Counted from the first letter of the stretch, positions 28,822 to 39,092 are shown. The stretch is 64,000 nucleotides of DNA from an uncultured Clostridia bacterium (GCA_934130595.1 CAKOYF010000002.1:49989-113988), one strand, 5' to 3'. Notes: generated by a model not told the origin, from the sequence alone. Translations and numbers: made by a program.

Positions 28822-28945
28822 CCTAATTTAATTTCTAATAAAATCATATATACAGATGTACATATGATTTCATTTGTTGTATAATTGTTAGCGTAATTTT
28901 ATCACAAAAAATGATAGTAGTCAATTGCATTAAATTTGCACAGAA

Positions 28946-29740
28946 TTATTTGAAGTATTCACTAAAAGTATTGTTGTCATGTTCTACTAGTTCATTTAAA
29001 ATGTTTAATCTTGTATCTAGTTTATCTGCTTTTATTCTGTTTAAAATACACATTTTATATTGTGGGTATTTAAAACATAAATAATATAGTTTAGATATTT
29101 CCATAAGTAAATCTGTCATTACAGTTCCAGAGATTTCTTGAGTAGTATTGCTGTTTTCTACACGTCTATATGTAAAGAAACAACTGCCTAAATAATCATA
29201 TGATTTACACTTACATAAGCACTCAAGAGTAAAGTTTACATCTTCATATGCTGTATTTTCTGTAAATCTTGTAGTACCAATTAAATCTCTTTTAAAGCAT
29301 TTTGTTGTACATCCTAAACGTTTTGTTTTTTCAAGTTTTTCTGCTATTGAATTTCTATCTTCTAGTATTGTTCTTTTCTTTCCAAAATTATCTTCTTCAA
29401 AATCAAAGAAAACAATGTCTTTTCCGTCTATAATTTTGTCTAATTTTTCAAATACTTCATTAGAATATAAGTAATCATCACTATCAACAAAAATAATGTA
29501 TTCTCCTTGAGCAGCATCTATTCCTACGTTTCTAGCCCCACCAGCTCTTTTTCTATTAGTTCTTAAAAGTTTTACATCATAGTTTTTTATTATATCTAGA
29601 CTGTTATCTGTACTACCGTCATCAATTACTATTACTTCGTACATATCTTTACTAAGTGTTTGATTAAAAATACTATCTAAGCATTCTTTTACATATTTTT
29701 CTTTGTTGTAATTTGGTATTATTACTGAATATTTATACAT
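28946..29740 (-). CDS. Family-2 glycosyltransferase
   Basis: YSVIIPNYNKEKYVKECLDSIFNQT...IDDGSTDNS...VDSDD. Confidence 0.85.
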   Translation of the reverse strand: MYKYSVIIPNYNKEKYVKECLDSIFNQTLSKDMYEVIVIDDGSTDNSLDIIKNYDVKLLRTNRKRAGGARNVGIDAAQGEYIIFVDSDDYLYSNEVFEKLDKIIDGKDIVFFDFEEDNFGKKRTILEDRNSIAEKLEKTKRLGCTTKCFKRDLIGTTRFTENTAYEDVNFTLECLCKCKSYDYLGSCFFTYRRVENSNTTQEISGTVMTDLLMEISKLYYLCFKYPQYKMCILNRIKADKLDTRLNILNELVEHDNNTFSEYFK

Positions 29741-29741
29741 A

Positions 29742-30764
29742 TTAAATTCCTCCTTGATTAAGTATATTAGTCCAATCTTTCAATATATCATCATTAGACC
29801 ATTTAAATTTAGACAAGTTTTTTTTGTATTTATGTTTGTTATTTAAAATTAAATCTATTTTATTATCATATGAGGTTGTATCTTCACGGCTTAAGATTAG
29901 ACCATTTTCATTATCTTTTATTTGTTCATATGCTGCTTCAAAATCTGTTACAATACATGGTATACCTAAGATTTTAGCTTCTGTTATTACTAATCCCCAT
30001 GTTTCTGTATCACTTAAAAGTACTAAGTAATCACATTGTTTTATGATATTAAATGGATTATCTACAAAGCCAGTAAATACAAAGTAATCTCCTAATTTTT
30101 CACATTGTTTTTTAATTTCCATTTCCTTTTCAGCGTAGTAATTTCCACCTACTATGTACCATTTAAAATCTATGTTATGCTTTATTAGATATTTTGCAAG
30201 TTCAATTTGTCTGCCCATTCCTTTTTCATAGCATACTCTTCCTACAGATACAAGAGTTAACGTATGACTTAAATCTAAATTTATTTTTTCTTCAGATTTA
30301 TTAATAATATCTTCAACATCCATAACATTATATATTACTTCTATTTTATCTTTTATTCTAGGACCATATTCTTTGGCTAAAAGCATATTTTTAGTTGTTT
30401 GACTTACGGTAATTATAGTATCAACTACACTATAGAATCTTTCATCTGTAAAAATTGCATTTTCTTTGCTACCAAAATAATGAAACCATAAAATAGTTCT
30501 TTTTCTTTTTATGATGTCGTTTATTTCTAATGCTTTTTTATTTGGAGAACAAAGTATAAGTACATCTAATTCTTCATGAAAGTTCTCATCAACCTTTACA
30601 ACCTTTGCATAATTACTGTAATTATCCAATACATCTTGACTTGAGCTTTCGTCTGTATAACCTATGTATATTTCAAATCCATGTAATTTTTTTATTAGGT
30701 TTAGTATAGCTATTTCAGTACCACCAATATAAAATAATGGTCTAAAAAACATTATTTTCTTCAT
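29742..30764 (-). CDS. GT-B (family 4-like) glycosyltransferase
   Basis: C-terminal E-x7-E type motif region (SDTETWGLVITEAKILGIPCIV). 1-nt gap to the downstream GT2 gene. Confidence 0.82.
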   Translation of the reverse strand: MKKIMFFRPLFYIGGTEIAILNLIKKLHGFEIYIGYTDESSSQDVLDNYSNYAKVVKVDENFHEELDVLILCSPNKKALEINDIIKRKRTILWFHYFGSKENAIFTDERFYSVVDTIITVSQTTKNMLLAKEYGPRIKDKIEVIYNVMDVEDIINKSEEKINLDLSHTLTLVSVGRVCYEKGMGRQIELAKYLIKHNIDFKWYIVGGNYYAEKEMEIKKQCEKLGDYFVFTGFVDNPFNIIKQCDYLVLLSDTETWGLVITEAKILGIPCIVTDFEAAYEQIKDNENGLILSREDTTSYDNKIDLILNNKHKYKKNLSKFKWSNDDILKDWTNILNQGGI

Positions 30765-31014
30765 ATATTTTTGCTCCTTATTACTGCAAAGATTGTATCA
30801 TCTTTTATATTTTTTAGCAATACTACTTTAACTAGAATAAAATATAAAAAATATGGCTAAAATAACTATTGAAAAAATAACTAGTAAAATACAAAAAAAT
30901 ACAGCAGAATATTATGGTATATGAAATGAAATAAATGTCAATTATATTGACTTTTATTTCTTTTTATAATAAAATCTTAAGTAGTATTAATTTTAAAAGA
31001 TTGGAGGTCTTTTT

Positions 31015-31713
31015 ATGGAATTTAAAGCATTAGAAGGAAAAAAAGTAGAAATTAAGGTAGGAGACAATACATATTTAAGACATGCTATTGAAACACACTA
31101 TGTTCAATTAGGTGAAAGCTATGTTGATTTAATTAAAAAATATGTTGAACCTATATATGAAGAAGGTGATATAGTTTCCATCAGTGAAAAAGTAATAAGT
31201 CTTTGTCAAAGAAGAATTGTATATAAAAAGGATGTTAAAGTATCAGGACTTGCAAAATTTTTATCAAAATTTGCAATGAGAAGTGATGCAGGTGTTGGGG
31301 TAGATAACCCATACAAAATGCAATTTGCAATAAATCTTTGTGGACCTATGAAAGTATTATGGGCTGCTATAGCAGGAGGAGTATGCAAACTATTTGGTAA
31401 AAAAGGAGTATTTTATGAAATAGTTGGACAAGAAGTTAGTGGACTAGATGGTTTCTATGGAAATGTATTTTCAGATTACGCTGAATTTGGTATAAGAATT
31501 CCAGATAATTCAACAGGAGTTTGTAATGAAATTTATCAAGCTACAGGTGTAAAATGTATGATAGTTGATGCAAACGACTTTAACGTTGAAATATTAGGAA
31601 AGGCAGATGCTATAGAAGAAAGTGAAGCTGAACTAAAAGGAATGATAAAAGACAATCCTTGTGGTCAAGCTAAAACTTTAACACCAATGGTTTTAATTAG
31701 AAAACAAAAATAA
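31015..31713 (+). CDS. CofE-like (F420-0:gamma-glutamyl ligase family, COG1478-like) protein of unknown role
   Basis: Pattern GDIVSISEKVISLCQ...GVGVDNP...GLDGFYG...MIVDANDF recalls the CofE fold. This is a memory-based assignment. Confidence 0.45.
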   Translation: MEFKALEGKKVEIKVGDNTYLRHAIETHYVQLGESYVDLIKKYVEPIYEEGDIVSISEKVISLCQRRIVYKKDVKVSGLAKFLSKFAMRSDAGVGVDNPYKMQFAINLCGPMKVLWAAIAGGVCKLFGKKGVFYEIVGQEVSGLDGFYGNVFSDYAEFGIRIPDNSTGVCNEIYQATGVKCMIVDANDFNVEILGKADAIEESEAELKGMIKDNPCGQAKTLTPMVLIRKQK

Positions 31714-31733
31714 TTTGGAAGAGAGGTTGAATT

Positions 31734-32315
31734 ATGAGTAGTTTATTAAAAATGAACAAATTTGAGGTTATAGATTTACCTGGAATGAATACGTTAGCTT
31801 TTTTAGTAGATAGAGATTATGAAGCTTATAGTCAAGGATATGCATTTTTATCACTAGAAAAATTAAGAAGTGTCGAAGTTCGTGAGGACGGGCAAATAAA
31901 AAAAGTATTTAATGTCTTAATTGAAGACCCAGAAGATGAAGATGATATCGTATTATTGACTTTAACAGATAAAAAAGCAATTTTACGTATTGGTGTATTA
32001 GACAGTTCTGGATTTCAAACAGAAGATACAAGTATATCATTAAGCTATGGAACAATATACAATTCTGAAGGAATAGAGTATAGAGATGTTGCATATACAC
32101 CAGATATGAAGAGAAACTTTTCAATAATAGATTCTCAAACAGGAGAAGAGGTAAAACCATCTCTTTATAGAGATGAAAATGGTAATGTAAAAGGAAGATG
32201 TAAAATCATGCCTAACAGACCATATATAGTTTTAGAAGTAACAATGGACGACGAAGCGATAGCTAAACATCTTTTAATGGAAGAAGAGATGAACACTAAC
32301 GCTAGTATTGTATAA
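31734..32315 (+). CDS. Hypothetical acidic protein (193 aa)
   Basis: ORF with RBS AGAGAGG. No motif recognised. Immediately upstream of the T4CP gene block. Confidence 0.5.
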   Translation: MSSLLKMNKFEVIDLPGMNTLAFLVDRDYEAYSQGYAFLSLEKLRSVEVREDGQIKKVFNVLIEDPEDEDDIVLLTLTDKKAILRIGVLDSSGFQTEDTSISLSYGTIYNSEGIEYRDVAYTPDMKRNFSIIDSQTGEEVKPSLYRDENGNVKGRCKIMPNRPYIVLEVTMDDEAIAKHLLMEEEMNTNASIV

Positions 32316-32328
32316 GGAGGGATAATAA

Positions 32329-32514
32329 ATGAGAGCACCAAAAAGATCATTAATAAAGGAAGAAGATTCAAAACTAAAAATAAGAGCTACAACAGAAATG
32401 CCTGAACTTGATAGAGAAGGAAAAATGAATTTGAAAACTATTGATGATGTTGAAATAAGTAACGGGAAAGTTAAAAAAGGACAATCAAAAGAAGACAGAG
32501 AAATACAACAATAG
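32329..32514 (+). CDS. Small charged protein (61 aa)
   Basis: Good RBS AAGGAGGG 8 nt upstream. Lys/Glu-rich. No family recognised. Confidence 0.4.
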   Translation: MRAPKRSLIKEEDSKLKIRATTEMPELDREGKMNLKTIDDVEISNGKVKKGQSKEDREIQQ

Positions 32515-32543
32515 TATTGTCATAAAATAGTGAGGGAGATAAG

Positions 32544-34655
32544 ATGAGAAAATTTTTTGAGGACTTTAAACAAAAGGCACCAATACTAATTGTATTAGCT
32601 TTGGTTGCATCTGTAGTTCTTGGTGGTGCGTTAACTAAATCAATAGCTGATGCAAAAGCAGCAGGATCTGATTCACTAATTTTTGATGTTATCAGTACTG
32701 TACTTGGTAACATTACTCAAATGTCTTTCTTTTCTGGTATATTTGCAGACTTTGGTACATTTTTACATATAACATTTTGGATATTTGCTATAGTATTTAT
32801 GCTATATTTTACTGCATATTATAAAAATAGCAATAAGAGTGAATATGAAGGAAGAGAAAATGGTTCTAGCCAATGGAGTGATGGTGTTGAAGATTATAAA
32901 CATGACTCTAGTGGAAGAGAAATCCTAAATAAAAAACAAGGTTTTATACTTAGTACAAAACACTATTTAGGAACAGATTTGAAAAAAGTTGGTATAAACA
33001 AGAATATCCTTGTTGTCGGTGGATCTGGATCTGGTAAAACTGCATGTTATATTAAACCTAATATAATGCAATGTTTAGGATCATATGTAATAACAGACCC
33101 TAAAGGAGAACTATATAAAGAAACATCAAAATTCTTACAAAGAGAAGGATATGATGTTAAAGCATTTAACTTGGTAAATCCAAAGTATAGTGATTTTTAC
33201 AACCCAATCACTAATATATGCTCAGAACAAGATGTAGATACAATATCACATATACTTGTACAAGGAGCAAAAAAAGAAGGTGGCGGAAGTGAAGATCCAT
33301 TCTGGGATGATACAGCAAATATGCTAATTAGTGCTACTATATATTATGTAATATCTGTTTTACCTATTGAACAACAAAACATAGGAAGTTGTTTGAATAT
33401 CATACGTCAAGGTGGATCAGACAATAGTATATTTGATAAATTATTTATAGACGATTTAAAACCAGATCATCCTGGAAGAAAAAGCTATGAATCATTTAAG
33501 ACTGCTGCAGATAAAACAATGCAGAGTATAGTAATTTCATCAATTTCTAAAATGCGTGTTTTTGATTCAGCTCCAATTCAAAAAATAACATCAACAAACA
33601 GTATAGATTTTAGAAGTGTAGCTAAAAAGAAAACAGCTATTTTCGTTATAACATCAGCAGCTGAAAGTACATATGATTTCGTATCAACAATGTTCTTTAG
33701 CCAGATGTTTTCAATACTATATAAACAAGCTGATGATTATGGATCAAGACTACCAAATCAAGTATATTTCTTACTAGATGAGTTTGCAAATATTGGACAA
33801 ATACCAGATTTCCAGAAAAAACTTAGTACAACTAGAAGTTTAGGTATCAGTATATCAATAATCGTTCAGTCTTTAGACCAATTAGAGTCTTTATACAGAG
33901 AATCATATGAGAATATACTAGGTAACTGTGATACACAATTATTACTTGGTACTAACTCACAAAAAACTGCAGAATATTTTTCTAAGAGTTTAGGACAAAC
34001 AACAATTAAAATAGTGCAAAAATCTGTTAGTAAAGATAAAGATGAATCTAAAAAACAAGGTGTATCTATTAGTACTCAAAAACAAGCAAGAGATCTTATG
34101 ACTGTTGATGAAATAAGAAGAATGGATAATAATAAAGAAATTCTTATGGTTAGAGGATTAAAGCCAATACTTGCAAATAAAGCTTGGTATTTTAAATTTC
34201 ATCCAAAGCGTGATATTATTGAACCATTAAAAATAGATAATATAAGTGAAATGCCTTTACCAGAAGAAAAGCCATATTCATTCTTTAATGTTCAACAATA
34301 CTTAATAGATAGAAAGAAAAGAGCTCAAGAAATTCTTAAATCTAGACAAAAAGAAGTTGAAGTTGATACATCAAGTACAACAACTACTTCTACTAGTACT
34401 ACAACTTCTAAAGCTTATACAACTTATGAAGAAAATAAAAATAGAGGACCTGAAATAGATAATAGACCTCTAGCAGATGGATTAGGAGATCTTTCATATA
34501 ACGATTTATATGAAAATACAGATAATAACCCTATAGCGGGCTCTAAAAAGAATAGCAAAGCAAATAATGACGAATATGATTTACAAAATGAACTTGAATC
34601 TAAGTTTGATAAATTATTTGGAAGTAGCTCAAAAAAGAATAATGATGATTATTAA
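32544..34655 (+). CDS. Type IV secretion coupling protein (VirD4/TraG/TraD family ATPase)
   Basis: Two N-terminal TM helices, Walker A VVGGSGSGKT, ITDPKGELY, Walker B YFLLDEFANIG, IVQSLDQLESLY. Ser/Thr- and Asn/Asp-rich C-terminal tail. Confidence 0.85.
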   Translation: MRKFFEDFKQKAPILIVLALVASVVLGGALTKSIADAKAAGSDSLIFDVISTVLGNITQMSFFSGIFADFGTFLHITFWIFAIVFMLYFTAYYKNSNKSEYEGRENGSSQWSDGVEDYKHDSSGREILNKKQGFILSTKHYLGTDLKKVGINKNILVVGGSGSGKTACYIKPNIMQCLGSYVITDPKGELYKETSKFLQREGYDVKAFNLVNPKYSDFYNPITNICSEQDVDTISHILVQGAKKEGGGSEDPFWDDTANMLISATIYYVISVLPIEQQNIGSCLNIIRQGGSDNSIFDKLFIDDLKPDHPGRKSYESFKTAADKTMQSIVISSISKMRVFDSAPIQKITSTNSIDFRSVAKKKTAIFVITSAAESTYDFVSTMFFSQMFSILYKQADDYGSRLPNQVYFLLDEFANIGQIPDFQKKLSTTRSLGISISIIVQSLDQLESLYRESYENILGNCDTQLLLGTNSQKTAEYFSKSLGQTTIKIVQKSVSKDKDESKKQGVSISTQKQARDLMTVDEIRRMDNNKEILMVRGLKPILANKAWYFKFHPKRDIIEPLKIDNISEMPLPEEKPYSFFNVQQYLIDRKKRAQEILKSRQKEVEVDTSSTTTTSTSTTTSKAYTTYEENKNRGPEIDNRPLADGLGDLSYNDLYENTDNNPIAGSKKNSKANNDEYDLQNELESKFDKLFGSSSKKNNDDY

Positions 34656-34659
34656 TATT

Positions 34660-34695
34660 AAAAGCTTATGATGAATTTTGTCATAAGCTTTTTTC
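34660..34695 (+). terminator. Rho-independent terminator after the T4CP gene
   Basis: 11-bp stem aaagcttatga (34661-34671) / tcataagcttt (34681-34691) plus a T-run. Confidence 0.75.
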
Positions 34696-34758
34696 ATACA
34701 TTTTTTCTTGTAAAAAATAATTAGATATAGTATAATTTACATATAAGCGGAGGATAGT

Positions 34759-35451
34759 ATGGATAAGGTAAAAGGAATATCTATAATAATCATTGCTGTT
34801 GTGTCAGTAATAGTAACAGTTTTAGTAGCAAATGTACTTCTTGACACTACAGGAAAAGTTAATCAAGGAAATTTTAGAATAAATGATGTTACAGTAGAAT
34901 CTACTGCTAATGTAACAGAAGTTCAAGATAAAGACACTAAAATAGAAAATTTATCTGGTTTAGTTTTTGATGTTTCACAGGTAAATGCTATTTCTATATT
35001 AGTTGAATCAAATGTAAAAGCTAGTAAAATTAGCATTGAAAATTTAGTGGTTACTGAGCCAGAATTAAAAGGAAAGATGAATATTTGTCAAAAAGATCAT
35101 GATAAATATGATATAACCCCAGAGCTTACATCAGTTCCTATTTATTTAGAACAAGAAGATGGAAAATATATAATTAGACTTTTAATAGATAATGATGATG
35201 TAGTGACAGATAAAAGCGTTGGTGACGATATAACTAAGATAAAATATGATGCAGATATATTTAATGTATTAGGAATAAGTGTAACACAATTACAGTTTAA
35301 TGTTACTTTTGATTTAGTAATAACAGATGAAGCTGGTCAAACAGTAAAAACTAATATGAGTTTTGTGATGCCAACAGATGAAACATTAACTGCTGGAATG
35401 TCAATTTTAAGACATGATGCATCTAAATTTTTATTTACTAAAGTAAAATAA
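34759..35451 (+). CDS. N-terminally membrane-anchored extracytoplasmic protein (230 aa)
   Basis: Single TM (ISIIIIAVVSVIVTVLVANVLL) followed by a beta-rich domain. No family recognised. Confidence 0.5.
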   Translation: MDKVKGISIIIIAVVSVIVTVLVANVLLDTTGKVNQGNFRINDVTVESTANVTEVQDKDTKIENLSGLVFDVSQVNAISILVESNVKASKISIENLVVTEPELKGKMNICQKDHDKYDITPELTSVPIYLEQEDGKYIIRLLIDNDDVVTDKSVGDDITKIKYDADIFNVLGISVTQLQFNVTFDLVITDEAGQTVKTNMSFVMPTDETLTAGMSILRHDASKFLFTKVK

Positions 35452-35472
35452 TAAAATTATATAAAAAAGATA

Positions 35473-35501
35473 TTGAAAAAACGTAGAATATATTGTATAA
35501 T
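35473..35501 (+). promoter_or_regulatory. Near-consensus sigma-A promoter of the SRP RNA
   Basis: TTGAAA (35473-35478), 17-nt spacer, TATAAT (35496-35501). Confidence 0.7.
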
Positions 35502-35504
35502 AAT

Positions 35505-35590
35505 CTTATGCCAAGCGATAGAGTACTGTGAACCTTGTCAGATCCGGAAGGAAGCAGCAATAAGCAATATACTCTATGTGCTTGGTTTTT
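35505..35590 (+). ncRNA. ffs: Small (4.5S-type) signal recognition particle RNA
   Basis: Conserved domain-IV sequence GTCAGATCCGGAAGGAAGCAGC (35538-35559). Closing helices ccaagc/gcttgg and atagagta/tactctat. T-run at 35586-35591. Located directly upstream of dnaX as in other Firmicutes. Confidence 0.85.
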
Positions 35591-35610
35591 TGTTGTTTAG
35601 GAGGAAAAAA

Positions 35611-37152
35611 GTGGGATATATAGCATTATACAGAAAGTACAGACCAAATACTTTTGAAAATATAATTGGTCAAGAAAATGTAACAAGAATACTTAGAAAT
35701 CAAATAAAAAATGGAAAAATATCTCATGCATATTTGTTTAGTGGTACAAGAGGTACAGGTAAAACTAGTGCTGCTAAAGTATTTGCAAGGGCAATAAACT
35801 GTCTTAACCCAAAAGATGGTGAACCTTGTAATGAGTGTGAAGTATGTAAAGGAATTTTAAATGGAAATATTACAGATGTTATAGAAATGGATGCAGCTTC
35901 AAATAACAGTGTAGAAAATATTCGTCAAATTAGGCAAGAAGTGGTATATGCAACTGTTGATGTAAAATATAGAGTATATATTATAGATGAGGTACATATG
36001 CTTACAACAAGTGCTTTTAACGCACTACTTAAAACACTAGAAGAGCCACCAGAAAATGTAGTATTTATACTTGCAACAACTGAACAACATAAAATACCGG
36101 TTACAATTTTATCTAGATGTCTTAAGTTTGATTTTAACAGACTTACAGAAGAAGATTTATACAAGAGAATAACTTATGTACTAGACTGTGAACATGTAAA
36201 ATATGAAGAAGAAGCTTGTAGATATATAGCAACATTAGCAGATGGTGCGGCTAGAGATGCTCTTAGTATATTAGATAGATGTATATCTGAGACAGAAGAT
36301 GTATTAAGATATGAGGATGTACAAAATATTGTAGGTGCAATAGACAAAAAAGTTATTCAAAAAGTTGTTGAAAACGTTTTAAATTATGACTCAATAAATG
36401 CTATATCTGCAATAGATGAAGTTATTAAAAAAGGTAAAGATTTAAGACAATTTACTTTTGAACTTACAACAGAGTTCTTAAATAGATTAATAGCAGATAG
36501 TCAAAATACACAAAGATATGTTCAGATAATTGATAGATTATCTAGTTTAGATAATGATTTAAAATCTACAACAAGAAAAGAAATAGTTTTAAAAGCATGT
36601 ATTGTACAGCTTTGTAATGCACATCAGATATCTGAATCAACACCTGCACAAGGCGGACAAATAGATAAAATTTATATAAAGAAAATAGAAAATTTAGAAA
36701 ATGAAATAAAGAAGTTAAAAGAAAGTATTGGCAATAACAATGTTGTTGTTGAAAGAGTGGATAAAGAAGCTTCAAAGCCAAATATAAACATTAGTGCTAA
36801 AAAAATTACTAATGAAACAGAGGATGTAAGTGAAGAAAAATTAACTGAATTTCCTAATACAGAAGAATTGAAAAAAGCAGTTATTGAAAAAGGAAAGATA
36901 AAGTTGTATTCTGCTTTAGCTGGAGCAAAAGTATATGTAGATGATGTTGTAAGAATAATAACAACTAATTCATTTGGATATAAACTTTTAACTTTAGATG
37001 AAAATGCAGAAGTTATGGCGCAAATATTATATGAAAAATATAAAATTAATAAGAATATAATATTAGAATTAAAAACAGAATCAGGAGAATCTGTATCTAA
37101 AATTGAAAAAATATTTAAAGATAATAATATAGAATATACTAAATTAGATTAA
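35611..37152 (+). CDS. dnaX: DNA polymerase III subunit gamma/tau (GTG start)
   Basis: [16 protein letters not shown], Walker [10 protein letters not shown], zinc module CNECEVC, Walker B DEVHML, SRC motif. AGGAGG lies 6 nt upstream of the GTG. The ORF-track extension overlaps the SRP RNA. Confidence 0.93.
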   Translation: MGYIALYRKYRPNTFENIIGQENVTRILRNQIKNGKISHAYLFSGTRGTGKTSAAKVFARAINCLNPKDGEPCNECEVCKGILNGNITDVIEMDAASNNSVENIRQIRQEVVYATVDVKYRVYIIDEVHMLTTSAFNALLKTLEEPPENVVFILATTEQHKIPVTILSRCLKFDFNRLTEEDLYKRITYVLDCEHVKYEEEACRYIATLADGAARDALSILDRCISETEDVLRYEDVQNIVGAIDKKVIQKVVENVLNYDSINAISAIDEVIKKGKDLRQFTFELTTEFLNRLIADSQNTQRYVQIIDRLSSLDNDLKSTTRKEIVLKACIVQLCNAHQISESTPAQGGQIDKIYIKKIENLENEIKKLKESIGNNNVVVERVDKEASKPNINISAKKITNETEDVSEEKLTEFPNTEELKKAVIEKGKIKLYSALAGAKVYVDDVVRIITTNSFGYKLLTLDENAEVMAQILYEKYKINKNIILELKTESGESVSKIEKIFKDNNIEYTKLD

Positions 37153-37211
37153 ACTTGAAAAATAGGATAAAGTATAATATAATACTTTTTGTGAAAGGAT
37201 GGATGAAAATT

Positions 37212-37547
37212 ATGGGAAGTAAATATGGCGGATTTCCAGGCGGAGGCATGGGAAATATGCAAAACTTATTAAAACAAGCACAAAAAATGCAAGCAGACAT
37301 GCAAAAGAAACAAGAAGCAGTTGCTGCAAAAGAAATAGAGACTTCAGCTGGTGGAGGAGCTGTTGTAGTTAAAGCTACAGGAGATAAAGTTATAAAAGAA
37401 ATAATAATAAAAAAAGATGTTGTAGACCCAGATGATGTTGAAATGCTACAAGATTTAGTTTTAACAGCTGTAAATGAAGCTTTAAAGAAAGCAGATTCAA
37501 TGATGGAACAAGAAATGGGATCATTTAATATTCCTGGATTATTTTAG
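37212..37547 (+). CDS. ybaB: Nucleoid-associated protein YbaB/EbfC
   Basis: [18 protein letters not shown]...[12 protein letters not shown]...[12 protein letters not shown]. Conserved dnaX-ybaB-recR order. Start could alternatively be at 37203. Confidence 0.9.
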   Translation: MGSKYGGFPGGGMGNMQNLLKQAQKMQADMQKKQEAVAAKEIETSAGGGAVVVKATGDKVIKEIIIKKDVVDPDDVEMLQDLVLTAVNEALKKADSMMEQEMGSFNIPGLF

Positions 37548-37555
37548 GTGATAAT

Positions 37556-38149
37556 ATGTATTCAGATACAGTTAACAAATTAATAAATCAATTTGAAAGA
37601 CTTCCTGGAATTGGACATAAGAGTGCTGTAAGATTAGCTTTTTATATCTTAGAGTCACCAAAAGAAGTAGCTGAAGAAATGTCTAAAACTTTAATTGAAG
37701 CAAAAGAAAAAGTAAAGTTTTGTTCTGTATGTTTTAATTTAACTGAAAAAGATCCATGCGATATTTGTTCAGATAAAAAAAGAGACGATTCAACAATTTG
37801 TGTTGTGGAAAATGTTAAAGATGTTGTAGCAATGGAAAAAACACATGAGTATAGAGGATTATATCATGTGTTACATGGCTCTATTTCTCCTATGAATAAT
37901 ATTTCAGCTGGAGATATAAAGATAAAAGAATTACTTCAAAGATTAAGTGATGATAAAATAAAAGAAGTAATTCTTGCTACAAATCCAACTGTTGAAGGAG
38001 AAGCAACAGCTATGTATATATCAAGATTAATAAAGCCACTTGGAATTAGCGTAACAAGAATTGCTCATGGAATTCCAGTTGGTGGAGACCTTGAATATAC
38101 AGATGAAATAACACTTATAAAAGCGCTTGAAGGAAGAAGAGAAATGTAA
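37556..38149 (+). CDS. recR: Recombination protein RecR
   Basis: LPGIGHKSA helix-hairpin-helix, C4 zinc finger (CSVC...CDIC), Toprim domain. Confidence 0.95.
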   Translation: MYSDTVNKLINQFERLPGIGHKSAVRLAFYILESPKEVAEEMSKTLIEAKEKVKFCSVCFNLTEKDPCDICSDKKRDDSTICVVENVKDVVAMEKTHEYRGLYHVLHGSISPMNNISAGDIKIKELLQRLSDDKIKEVILATNPTVEGEATAMYISRLIKPLGISVTRIAHGIPVGGDLEYTDEITLIKALEGRREM

Positions 38150-38174
38150 ATAGGTGCTTGCACCTATTTTTTTA
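38148..38174 (+). terminator. Hairpin plus T-run after recR (possibly a partial terminator)
   Basis: aaataggtg / cacctattt stem, loop cttg, T-run. murI starts 11 nt later. Confidence 0.55.
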
Positions 38175-38184
38175 GGAGTAAATT

Positions 38185-39000
38185 ATGAAGATAGGATTTT
38201 TTGATTCGGGATTAGGTGGCTTAACAGTATTAAAAGAAGCTATAGAAAATGAAAATTTGAGAGAAGAAATTGTATATCTTGGAGATACTAAAAACACACC
38301 ATATGGTGTAAAAGATAAAGAATATGTAAAAGAAATAATAGAGGATAACATTAAGTATCTTGTTGAACAAGGTTGTAATCCAATAGTTATAGCTTGTAAT
38401 ACAGCAACAAGTTTATGTATAAAAAACTTAAGAAATGAGTATCCTGATGTTTGCTTGATAGGAACGGAACCTGCAGTAAAAGTAGCTGTCGATTCAAATA
38501 GTAATAAAAAGATATTAGTTTTGGCAACTAGTATTACTGTAAGAGAAGAGAAGCTCCATAATTTAATAACAAATTTAAATGCAGAAGATAAAGTGGAACT
38601 TGAACCTGCAGATAAGTTGGTTACTTTTGCAGAAAACGTTAATTGTAGAGAAATGTCAGAAGAAATAGAAGAATATATAGCTTCTATTTTAGAAAAATAC
38701 AATCTAGAAGAGTTTAGCCATATAGTTTTAGGTTGTACACATTTTCCTCTATTTAGAGAAAATTTTAAAAGAGTTATAAATAATATAGATAAAAAATTAA
38801 ATATAGAAATTGTAGATGGTGCAAAAGGAATATCAAATAATTTAATTAACCATTTGAACCAAATGAAAAAAGACAAAAAATATATTTCAAGTAAGTATAG
38901 TGTTACAATTGTTACAACTAGCAAAAGTGAAAGTTTTGAAAAGAGAGCTGAACAAATACTTGATCATGAAAATATTGAGTTTAAATATAAATTACAATAA
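38185..39000 (+). CDS. murI: Glutamate racemase
   Basis: IGFFDSGLGGLTV, IACNTAT and LGCTHFP catalytic Cys motifs. Confidence 0.9.
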   Translation: MKIGFFDSGLGGLTVLKEAIENENLREEIVYLGDTKNTPYGVKDKEYVKEIIEDNIKYLVEQGCNPIVIACNTATSLCIKNLRNEYPDVCLIGTEPAVKVAVDSNSNKKILVLATSITVREEKLHNLITNLNAEDKVELEPADKLVTFAENVNCREMSEEIEEYIASILEKYNLEEFSHIVLGCTHFPLFRENFKRVINNIDKKLNIEIVDGAKGISNNLINHLNQMKKDKKYISSKYSVTIVTTSKSESFEKRAEQILDHENIEFKYKLQ

Positions 39001-39092
39001 AATTACAGAAAAATTTCAATAAATAGTAGCAATATTTTTTTTAACGTGATATAATTAGTTCAGTTTTATAAGAGTTGATGAGGTGTATATAT

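Noticed and set aside
34375-34420. The ACT/ACA-rich repeat (SSTTTTSTSTTTSK) near the 3' end of the T4CP gene, considered as a possible slippage or phase-variation site.
   Set aside because: The codon repeat is imperfect and in frame, lying in a disordered tail. Nothing indicates on/off switching.
35473-35610. The 46-codon N-terminal extension of dnaX in the ORF track (MKKRRIYCIIILCQAIEY...).
   Set aside because: The segment contains a promoter and the SRP RNA. The GTG at 35611 has a proper AGGAGG RBS and begins the conserved YRKYRP motif region.
38172-38924. A 250-aa ORF on the minus strand, fully antisense to murI.
   Set aside because: murI on the plus strand has all catalytic motifs. The antisense translation is low-complexity (Ile/Phe/Ser/Leu-rich) with no RBS. 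This is the typical shadow ORF of an AT-rich coding region.
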